A stretch of DNA of 58,340 bases, from NCBI GenBank assembly GCA_045637945.1, contig JAZUAI010000048.1:1-58340 (forward strand). Direction: 5' to 3'. The notes under the pieces are model-generated. The model worked only from the letters and a program-made list of their open reading frames with translations, was not told where the DNA came from and searched no databases. A program made the translations under genes and the position numbers. Source of the DNA: Clostridia bacterium (GTDB lineage: Bacteria; Bacillota; Clostridia; Christensenellales; UBA1242). Positions 37,558 to 45,409 of this stretch are shown in pieces (position 1 is the stretch's first letter; each line of letters opens with the position of its first letter).

Positions 37558-38721
37558 TTATTTTTTTCTTCTAAGTTTATCTAAGAAAGCAGGAATTCTT
37601 TCATTTTCACCAAGTCTAATTCTTGAAGTATGTTGATTTTGTTCTTCAGGTTGAGCTTCAACTTTAACTTCAGGTTGTGGTTCTGGTTTATAAGAATGTT
37701 CTTCATAACCAGCAAAATTCATTTTTGGCAAATTCATTTGTTCACTCTCAGCTTCTTCAGGAGTTTTAACTTTTTGATTAAAACCTGTTGCAATAACAGT
37801 AATTTCAACTTCTTCGCTAAGAGATTCATCAATACCAGCACCAAAAATGATGTTACAACTTGGATCAACAACTTCTTTTACAAGAGCTGCAGCTTCATCA
37901 ACTTCATCAATTGGTAAGTCCATACCACCTTTAACATTAAGAAGAATACCAGTTGCACCTTCAATTGTTGTTTCAAGAAGTGGGCTTTGAACAGCTTGTC
38001 TAACAGCGTCAATAGTTTTTGTTTCACCTTTACCACGGCCAATACCCATGTGAGCAAGACCTTTATCTTTCATAATTGCTTTAACGTCAGCAAAGTCAAG
38101 GTTAATTAAGCTTGGTGTAACAATTAAATCTGAAATACCTTGAATACCTTGACGCAATACATCATCAGCACAACGGAAAGCTTCAACAATAGGAGTTCCC
38201 TTTGGAACGATTTTTAATAATTTATCGTTTGGAATAACAACTAAAGTATCAACAAATTTTTTCAAATTTGCAATACCTTTTTCTGCATTTTCCATTCTCT
38301 TTCTACCTTCAAAATTGAAAGGTTTTGTAACTACTGCAATAGTAAGAATATCAAGTTCCTTTGCAATTTGAGCAACTACAGGTGCAGCACCAGTTCCGGT
38401 TCCACCGCCCATACCAGCTGTAATAAATGCAAGATCACAACCTTTTAACATCTCTGTAATAACAGCCTTGCTTTCTTCAGCAGCTCTTTGACCAACTTCA
38501 GGATCAGCACCTGCGCCTAATCCCCTTGTTAGTTTTTCACCAATTTGAATACGGTGAGTTGCTTTGCTCATAAGTAAAGCTTGTTTATCAGTGTTAATTG
38601 CAACAAATTCAGCACTGGTGATGTTTGCAGCAACCATTCTGTTAACAGCGTTGTTTCCGCCTCCACCAATACCTATTACTTTAATATTTGCAACTTGACT
38701 AATACTATTTGCGGTATACAT
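37558..38721 (-). CDS. ftsZ: Cell division protein FtsZ
   Basis: It has the tubulin signature [10 protein letters not shown] and N-terminal [17 protein letters not shown]. Confidence 0.97.
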   Translation of the reverse strand: MYTANSISQVANIKVIGIGGGGNNAVNRMVAANITSAEFVAINTDKQALLMSKATHRIQIGEKLTRGLGAGADPEVGQRAAEESKAVITEMLKGCDLAFITAGMGGGTGTGAAPVVAQIAKELDILTIAVVTKPFNFEGRKRMENAEKGIANLKKFVDTLVVIPNDKLLKIVPKGTPIVEAFRCADDVLRQGIQGISDLIVTPSLINLDFADVKAIMKDKGLAHMGIGRGKGETKTIDAVRQAVQSPLLETTIEGATGILLNVKGGMDLPIDEVDEAAALVKEVVDPSCNIIFGAGIDESLSEEVEITVIATGFNQKVKTPEEAESEQMNLPKMNFAGYEEHSYKPEPQPEVKVEAQPEEQNQHTSRIRLGENERIPAFLDKLRRKK

Positions 38722-38770
38722 AAAAAATCCTCCTAAAAATCTTTACTGTATAATTTTTTTTGCCAACAGG

Positions 38771-39892
38771 CTAAATATTTTGTTCTAAGGCATAATTTAA
38801 AATTGCCATAGATGAAGAATAATTAGTTTTGTTTAACCTTGAATAAGGCATTGAAACGATTTCAACGTTTTTATTTAATAATCTAGCAAGTAAATCTTTT
38901 GCGCCTTTCATAAAAGACAACCCGCCACCAGTTAAATAAATTGGTATGAAATCTGGGAAGTTGTATTGCCATGCATTAAAACATTTTTGTATGCCTTGAG
39001 CAATAACTTCAATTCTGCTTTCAACAATAGCGTTTGCAAGTTTCATTGAAATTGGCATAACTGAGCCATCAACAAAAAGGTCGTAAACATCATTTTCGTT
39101 TGGTTCAACACACAAAACAATTTTTTTGTTCAAGTTTTCTGCTGAAGCAAAAGGAATTTTTAAACATTTTGAAAGGTCTGCACTTATATGTCCACCACCA
39201 AGTGAAAAACTTGATAAGTTTAACAAACCTCTTCCTCTTGTTAACGAAACTGAAGTTGTAATATAACCACAGTCAACAAGCAAAGCATATCTGTCGCGTT
39301 GCTCATCATCAAACAAATATAATGATTGAGCATATGTAGAAGAAACATATCTAACTTTTGAAATATTATTGCGCATTAAAGCTTTATTTACAGTGTTTAA
39401 AAAAGAATTTTCAACTAAAACATAAGATAAACAAGCTGTAATTTTTGTATCTACTTGACCAAGAGGATTGTTTACTTTATTGTTTTCACCCAAAACAAAA
39501 TAAACACAATCTTTGTTTATAACTTGGTGAGTTTTAATTTCTCTAAACTCATTAAAACTATCGTAGATATTATCAATATCTCTTTGAGTGATTTTTTTAG
39601 GCTTAGGATAATTTTGAGAAACATTTTTGCACAAACAAAAGCAAAACTCTGTTGGCACACCAACACATAACTCTGTAATTTGTGTATTGCTATTTTTCTC
39701 TGCCTTTTTAATAGCTGTTCCTATTGCCTTTTCTAGATTTTTTGGCTCAATAAATTCGCCATCCATAAAACCTTCATAGTTTTCTTCACCAACGCCAATA
39801 ACATTTATTGATTTATTAACATCACGAGATCCAACTAAAACAGTGATTTTTTGACTACCAAAATCTAAAATGGCTAAATTCTTTTTTGCCAT
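38771..39892 (-). CDS. ftsA: Cell division protein FtsA (short form)
   Basis: 373-aa actin-like ATPase (ILDFGSQKITV, VDCGYITTSVS, YLTGGGLSFM) immediately upstream of ftsZ. No obvious C-terminal amphipathic helix is present. Confidence 0.8.
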   Translation of the reverse strand: MAKKNLAILDFGSQKITVLVGSRDVNKSINVIGVGEENYEGFMDGEFIEPKNLEKAIGTAIKKAEKNSNTQITELCVGVPTEFCFCLCKNVSQNYPKPKKITQRDIDNIYDSFNEFREIKTHQVINKDCVYFVLGENNKVNNPLGQVDTKITACLSYVLVENSFLNTVNKALMRNNISKVRYVSSTYAQSLYLFDDEQRDRYALLVDCGYITTSVSLTRGRGLLNLSSFSLGGGHISADLSKCLKIPFASAENLNKKIVLCVEPNENDVYDLFVDGSVMPISMKLANAIVESRIEVIAQGIQKCFNAWQYNFPDFIPIYLTGGGLSFMKGAKDLLARLLNKNVEIVSMPYSRLNKTNYSSSMAILNYALEQNI

Positions 39893-40108
39893 AAAAATAA
39901 AACCACCAAATTAAATATTATTCTACCTTGTAATTATACCTTTTAAGCAATTTTAATGTCAAATTAAATTGAGCAAAAATTTAAAATTAAAATAAATATA
40001 TTGGCACAAAAATAAAAGAGATTTTAATTAAAAAATCTCTTTATAATTTTACAAAAAAAGTTGTTTTTTGATTAAATTTGTCGTTTAAAATTATTTTGCA
40101 TAGTAGTA

Positions 40109-41272
40109 TTAAAAAACAAAAAAATTATCAAAATTAGGCAGTCCAAAACCTTCTTCATTTTTATTGTTTGTTAAACTTTTGCAATTTCTTAACAGTCTAA
40201 CTTTTAATTGATCTGGCGTTAAGAACGGATATTTAGATAATATTAAACAACACAGACCCGCTATCATTGGCGTTGCAACACTTGTTCCACTCATTTTTGT
40301 ATAAAAGTTTTGTTGCATAGTAGCTCCTGTAATATTTATCGCAGGAGCAATAACATCTGGTTTAAAATAATATCCTGCTGGCCCTCTTGAAGAAAACTTT
40401 GCTATTTCAAATTTATTTTTATCTAAATCAAGATTTGTTTCTCTATTATCGTTTAAGCCACCAACAGTAATAATTTTATTAGAAAAACCTGGCGACTTAA
40501 TGGTCGCTTTTTCTGGGCCACTGTTTCCTGCTGCAGCAACTACAACAACTCCAATATCCCATAAAGCCTCTGCTCCTAAAACTAAAGGGTCATTTTTATC
40601 AAGTGGCGGGCTACCAAAACTCATACATACTACACGGATATTGTATTTATCTTTATTGTCATAAATCCATTGCATAGCTTCCAATATTTTAAAAGCACCA
40701 GTTTCACCATTTTTTTCAAGAGCTTTTATTGAAATAATATTTGTTTTTGGCGCTATTCCTGCATATTTTTTTTGGCTTATAAAGCCATTACCACAAGCAA
40801 CACTTGCAACAAAAGTTCCGTGCCCGTTGTCGTCATATGGATTATTTTTATTGTTAATTAAATCAACAAATTTTTTTATGCGATTTTGAGGCAAACAAAA
40901 ATCTAGATGAGGGTTTATACCAGTATCAATTATTGCAATTGTTACATCTTCGCCATATATTTTGCGATTATAAAAATTATTTACACCAAGTATTTTTTTT
41001 GAAATATCAAGTTGAGCATAAACTTTTGTTTGTTTTGAAATAAATTTAACAACATTATCTTTTGCAAATTTTACTATTTGAGAATAATTTAGTTTTAAGC
41101 CAACAGCCTTAATAAATGGATATTCAAAAAAAGACAAATCCAATCTTTGTATTTTGGTCTTTAAAGACCTAAAATCATTTGCATATATAAGGCAATCACT
41201 AGTATTTTCTTGTGTTTTTAAAGCAGCAACTTTTAATAATTCTGGGCAGATTTTTTTTGTGTAATCAATCAT
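40109..41272 (-). CDS. S8 (subtilisin-like) serine peptidase with an I9-like propeptide and no signal peptide
   Basis: The catalytic triad contexts are AIIDTGI (Asp), HGTFVAS (His) and GTSVATP (Ser). The N-terminal ~95 aa look like an inhibitor_I9 propeptide. There is no hydrophobic leader. Confidence 0.85.
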   Translation of the reverse strand: MIDYTKKICPELLKVAALKTQENTSDCLIYANDFRSLKTKIQRLDLSFFEYPFIKAVGLKLNYSQIVKFAKDNVVKFISKQTKVYAQLDISKKILGVNNFYNRKIYGEDVTIAIIDTGINPHLDFCLPQNRIKKFVDLINNKNNPYDDNGHGTFVASVACGNGFISQKKYAGIAPKTNIISIKALEKNGETGAFKILEAMQWIYDNKDKYNIRVVCMSFGSPPLDKNDPLVLGAEALWDIGVVVVAAAGNSGPEKATIKSPGFSNKIITVGGLNDNRETNLDLDKNKFEIAKFSSRGPAGYYFKPDVIAPAINITGATMQQNFYTKMSGTSVATPMIAGLCCLILSKYPFLTPDQLKVRLLRNCKSLTNNKNEEGFGLPNFDNFFVF

Positions 41273-41576
41273 CTAATTTTTCCATTAACGACTTTAAAAA
41301 CTCTTTTTGATTTTCATTTAAGTAACCAGACAAAACATCTGCAGTTTGCGCTATTTTATTTTTTGATAAACTACCATCATTTATTTTTTGTTTTGATGTA
41401 GATATAAATTCATCAATAAGTTGATCTTTTGAATAATTACTATATTTATTATAAATTTGTTTTGCTTCATCTTCTAAAGAACTTGTTTTGGGGTTTTCTT
41501 TTTTAAAATTATTGCTTTTAACTTTCTCTGCTTGCTCAAATTTTTCATCTCCAAAATCAAAAAGATTCTTAGCCAT
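41265..41576 (-). CDS. Hypothetical small protein translationally coupled to the S8 peptidase
   Basis: 103 aa, hydrophilic and helical-looking. Its stop overlaps the peptidase start by 8 nt. I recognise no family. Confidence 0.55.
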   Translation of the reverse strand: MAKNLFDFGDEKFEQAEKVKSNNFKKENPKTSSLEDEAKQIYNKYSNYSKDQLIDEFISTSKQKINDGSLSKNKIAQTADVLSGYLNENQKEFLKSLMEKLDD

Positions 41577-41598
41577 AATTCACTACCTTTTAATTAAA

Positions 41599-41631
41599 CA
41601 ATAGTATTATATGTTGCATATAATATTATTG
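41599..41631. promoter_or_regulatory. 33-bp near-perfect palindrome carrying back-to-back TATAAT boxes
   Basis: CAATAGTATTATATG-TTG-CATATAATATTATTG, with 14 of 15 arm positions complementary. TATAAT is on the plus strand at 41619-41624 and on the minus strand at 41606-41611. It lies between divergent genes. Confidence 0.6.
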
Positions 41632-41653
41632 TTAAAACACAAAGGGATATAAA

Positions 41654-42130
41654 ATGGACTTATCTGCTTTAATGCCAATTTTAAAAAACATTATGCCTAA
41701 TAATGAAAACTATAATAAAAGTTATTCTCAACAACCAAATTATTCAAACACAAACATTTCAGCCCTTGGCTATCCTGAACAACTATTAGATGATAAAAAA
41801 ACTAGCAGCACAAATTATTCAAATGCAGAAAATATAAAAATAAATTCAAACCTGAACAACGAAAACAATATATTACAAAGCCAAAACTTGAACCCTATTA
41901 TGCAAACTTTGTTAGGTTCTCTTTACAATCAAAATAATAAAAATACTTTGAATCCTCTATTAAATCTAATTAACTCTTTTAGCTCAAAACCTCAAAAAAA
42001 TGATGCCAATGGGCTATTTTCTATATTAAACAATAACACTGAAAAAACGCATAGTACTATGCAAAAAGAAAGCAAAAGTTTAGAAAAAACAATAAAAGAC
42101 TATAAAAAGGTTGAAGACCTAGATTTGTAA
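41654..42130 (+). CDS. Hypothetical Asn/Gln/Ser-rich low-complexity protein
   Basis: 158-aa ORF with an AAAGGGA SD. The composition is dominated by N, S, Q, K and L. I recognise no family. Confidence 0.5.
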   Translation: MDLSALMPILKNIMPNNENYNKSYSQQPNYSNTNISALGYPEQLLDDKKTSSTNYSNAENIKINSNLNNENNILQSQNLNPIMQTLLGSLYNQNNKNTLNPLLNLINSFSSKPQKNDANGLFSILNNNTEKTHSTMQKESKSLEKTIKDYKKVEDLDL

Positions 42131-42250
42131 GTTGGTAAAATAAATATATTATTACCCATCACCCACATAAAAAAGAGCTAGAAAAATTTTTCTAACTCTT
42201 TTGTTTTACTAATTTTAATTTAACTGAAAATTATACCAAACTATTTTAAA

Positions 42251-42646
42251 TTATTGTTCATCATTAAAGGACATAATAATATCATTTATAATTATGAGGT
42301 TTTTAAAAACAACAGCATGTTCAAATTGTTTTAAATTTAAGCCTGTTAACTTTTTAACTTTGTCAAGACGATAGTTTAAAGTGTTACGGTGCATAAAAGT
42401 TTTTGAACTTGTAACTGAAGTATTTAAGCTGTTTTCAAAAAAAGCAAAAATAGTGCTCATCAACTCTTCATCGTGCAAAATCATTTGAATGTTTGCATGA
42501 TCAATAACCTTTTTATAAGATTCATAATTTGTTTCAGAAAAACAGTTAATAAGGTTTTCTGGCGAAAACATTTTTAAAATTTTCTCTTCAATTGTTTCAT
42601 TGTCATCAAAAGTTAAGTTACATACAATAAGTTTTTTTCTTCCCAT
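42251..42646 (-). CDS. Small PucR/CdaR-type C-terminal HTH protein
   Basis: 131 aa. The C-terminus TFMHRNTLNYRLDKVKKLTGLNL matches the PucR-family HTH pattern. Confidence 0.65.
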   Translation of the reverse strand: MGRKKLIVCNLTFDDNETIEEKILKMFSPENLINCFSETNYESYKKVIDHANIQMILHDEELMSTIFAFFENSLNTSVTSSKTFMHRNTLNYRLDKVKKLTGLNLKQFEHAVVFKNLIIINDIIMSFNDEQ

Positions 42647-42671
42647 AATAAAATTTGTCCCTTTATATTTG

Positions 42672-43328
42672 TTAATCTTTAATCTCTTTTGTTATTGCAC
42701 CAAACTCTAAAACCAAAGTTCTTGTTGCTATTGATTTTGCAATATTTTCATCACTTGTTGCAATAATAACTGCGGTATTTTTGTTGATAAAATACTTTTT
42801 AAATAACTTTAAAAGTTCTTTTACTTCTTGTTGAGTAAGTTCTTCAAAAATATTATCTATAAGCACTACATCTAATTTTCTAAAACTTAATCTAGCAATT
42901 GAAGCTAAGTATTTTTCATACAAAGACAATTTGTAAACTTTTTGGCTGGCAATACTTTCAATTCTAAAATCAATAATTGCTTTATTGATTTTTTCTTCAA
43001 TAACATTTTTTTCAGTCTTTCTAATATCTAAAACATACTTTAGGTTATCGTAAACTGTTTTCTTTTCAAAAAAATTTGATTTGTAAGGAATATAACCCAT
43101 TGAAATATCTGTTTGATAATCAAGTTTTTCAATTGGAATATCTTTTACATAAATTTCGCCTCTATCTGGTTTTTCAAGCCCAGCAAGCAATCTTAACAAA
43201 CAAGTTTTGCCACTGTCTTTTGGACCAAGCAAAGCAACAGTTTCTCCCCTATCTATATTTAAATTGATATTTGATAATGCGTAAAATTCTTTAGTATATT
43301 TTACAAAAACGTTTACAAATGAAATCAT
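42672..43328 (-). CDS. ABC-type ATPase-like protein with degenerate catalytic motifs
   Basis: Walker A is intact (GPKDSGKT). Other motifs are degenerate: Q-loop position reads IPYKSN, the signature is LSLYEK instead of LSGGQ, Walker B is VVLIDNIFEEL (no DE pair), and the H-loop is ATSDE. The start is set at MISFVNV. Neither candidate ATG has a clear SD. Confidence 0.7.
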   Translation of the reverse strand: MISFVNVFVKYTKEFYALSNINLNIDRGETVALLGPKDSGKTCLLRLLAGLEKPDRGEIYVKDIPIEKLDYQTDISMGYIPYKSNFFEKKTVYDNLKYVLDIRKTEKNVIEEKINKAIIDFRIESIASQKVYKLSLYEKYLASIARLSFRKLDVVLIDNIFEELTQQEVKELLKLFKKYFINKNTAVIIATSDENIAKSIATRTLVLEFGAITKEIKD

Positions 43329-43489
43329 AATTGTATTGTATATTATTTTGTTAAAAATTACAAACAAAATAAACTTTTTTTATAAAATTAAATGACTAGC
43401 AAAAAAAAAGATGCTATACTTTGCAAGTATTATGTTTAAATTTTTAATATTTAACATATTCATTTCTTAACCTTAAAGGAGAAATTTTA

Positions 43490-44677
43490 ATGGATTTATT
43501 TGATAAATGTAAAAATTTTACAACTGTAAAAGTTGCTGTTGAAAAAGGTATTTACCCTTACTTTCACGCTTTAGATACAAAACAAGGCCCTGAAGTTGTT
43601 ATGGATGGCGTTAATGTTATTATGCTTGGATCAAACAACTATCTTGGTCTTACAGGCAACCAACAAGTTATTGATGCTGGCGTAGAAGCATTAAAAAAAT
43701 ATGGTTCAGGTTTGTCTGGTTCACGTTTTTTAAACGGAACACTTACTCTTCACGTTAAACTTGAAGAAGAACTTGCAGACTTTTTAAATAAAGAAGCTTG
43801 TGTTACTTTCAGCACAGGTTTTCAATCAAACCTTGGCATTATAAGCGCTATTGCAGGCAGAAATGATTACATACTCTGCGATAAAGAAAATCACGCAAGT
43901 ATTTATGATGGTTGCAGACTTAGTTATGCAAAAATGTTAAGATATAACCACAGTGACATGCAAGACCTTGAAAGACAACTTGCTTCTGTTCCAGCTGACG
44001 CAGGCAAACTTATTGTTACTGATGGTGTTTTCAGCATGGGAGGAGATATTTGTAAACTTCCTGAAATCGTTGAACTTGCAGAAAAATACAATGCAAGAGT
44101 TATGATTGACGATGCACACGGTTTTGGTGTTATTGGTAAAGGTGGCAGAGGCACTGCATCTTATTTTGACCTTGAAGATAAAGTTGATATTATTATGGGA
44201 ACTTTCTCAAAAAGCTTGGCTTCAATTGGTGGTTACATGGTTGCTTCAAAAGAAGTTGTTAGTTATGTAAAACACACTTCTCGCCCATTTATTTTCTGTG
44301 CTTCACTTACACCTGCAAACGTTGAATGTGCAAGAACTTCATTAAAAATATTAAAAGAAAATCCTGATCTTCCTAAAAAACTTATGGATATTGCAGAATA
44401 TGCAAGACAACAATATAAGAAAAAAGGTGTTGATATTAGAGATAGCGAAGCTCCTATTATTCCTATTAACACTTATGATGACGAAACAACTTTTATTGCT
44501 TGCAAAATGTTGTTTGAAAGAGGCGTTTATGTAAACCCAGTTGTATCTCCTGCTGCTCCAGCTGGTGGTGCTATTATTAGAACAAGTTATATGGCAACAT
44601 TAAATGAAGAACAAATTGACAGAGCAACAGATATTATTGCTGGCGTTATGAAAGATCTTAACTTATTAAAAAAATAG
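43490..44677 (+). CDS. PLP-dependent alpha-oxoamine synthase, serine palmitoyltransferase-like
   Basis: 395 aa. It has N-terminal YPYFHAL, GSNNYLGL, SGSRFLNGT, the PLP-Lys motif GTFSKSLASIGGY, and C-terminal VYVNPVVSPAAPAGGAIIRTS. Confidence 0.8.
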   Translation: MDLFDKCKNFTTVKVAVEKGIYPYFHALDTKQGPEVVMDGVNVIMLGSNNYLGLTGNQQVIDAGVEALKKYGSGLSGSRFLNGTLTLHVKLEEELADFLNKEACVTFSTGFQSNLGIISAIAGRNDYILCDKENHASIYDGCRLSYAKMLRYNHSDMQDLERQLASVPADAGKLIVTDGVFSMGGDICKLPEIVELAEKYNARVMIDDAHGFGVIGKGGRGTASYFDLEDKVDIIMGTFSKSLASIGGYMVASKEVVSYVKHTSRPFIFCASLTPANVECARTSLKILKENPDLPKKLMDIAEYARQQYKKKGVDIRDSEAPIIPINTYDDETTFIACKMLFERGVYVNPVVSPAAPAGGAIIRTSYMATLNEEQIDRATDIIAGVMKDLNLLKK

Positions 44678-44734
44678 GATTTAAATAATTAAACACTACA
44701 TATTTTAATTGTTAAATTTTAAGCAAACAAAAAT

Positions 44735-44768
44735 AAAAAGAAGCAAAACAAATTGCTTCTTTTTTTTA
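44735..44768. terminator. Bidirectional intrinsic terminator
   Basis: Stem AGAAGCAA/TTGCTTCT with A- and T-runs, between convergent gene ends. Confidence 0.75.
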
Positions 44769-44795
44769 TTTTTTATATTAAGTTGTAATTAAATA

Positions 44796-45323
44796 TTAAT
44801 AAATAGCTTCAATCAAACCAAAGTTGTTATCAAGTCTCTTATACAAAATGTTTACTCTTCCTGTTTCTCTATTTAAGAAAACATAGAAATTATTATCAAT
44901 AGTATCTAAGAAAACTTTAGCATCTTCAACTGAAATTGGTTCAAGTTCAAATGTTTTTTTCTTAACAACTTCTGCTTTTTGAATAACAGGAGCTTCTTCA
45001 AAGAAAAGATAATCTTTGTTCAAAGAATCTTTTTTCAATCTTGTAAAGAACTTATCACCATATTTAATAATTTGTCTTTCAACTTTTGGAAGTGCAAGGT
45101 CAATATTTTCATACATATTATCGCTTGAAACTTCTGCTCTATAAAACAAACCTTTGCTTCTTACAGTTAGTTCTAACTTGTTAACAATACCCTCAGATCT
45201 GCAATTAATTTTTGCAACGGCATCGTCATTGAAATATTTATCGAGCTTTCCCACCTTTTTTTCGATAATGTCTTTTAATTTTTCTGAAACATTATAATTT
45301 TTTGAAGTAATTTCAATTTTCAT
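44796..45323 (-). CDS. hpf: Ribosome hibernation promoting factor (long HPF)
   Basis: 175 aa. It has an N-terminal S30AE/YfiA domain (MKIEITSKNYNVSEKLKDIIEKKVGKLDKYF) and a C-terminal dimerisation domain. Confidence 0.9.
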   Translation of the reverse strand: MKIEITSKNYNVSEKLKDIIEKKVGKLDKYFNDDAVAKINCRSEGIVNKLELTVRSKGLFYRAEVSSDNMYENIDLALPKVERQIIKYGDKFFTRLKKDSLNKDYLFFEEAPVIQKAEVVKKKTFELEPISVEDAKVFLDTIDNNFYVFLNRETGRVNILYKRLDNNFGLIEAIY

Positions 45324-45409
45324 AATAAATATCTCCTTTTAAGTTATTTACTACTTATATTTTAACAAATCTTTTAATTTTTAACAAATAAAATAGCACT
45401 ATTCAAAAC

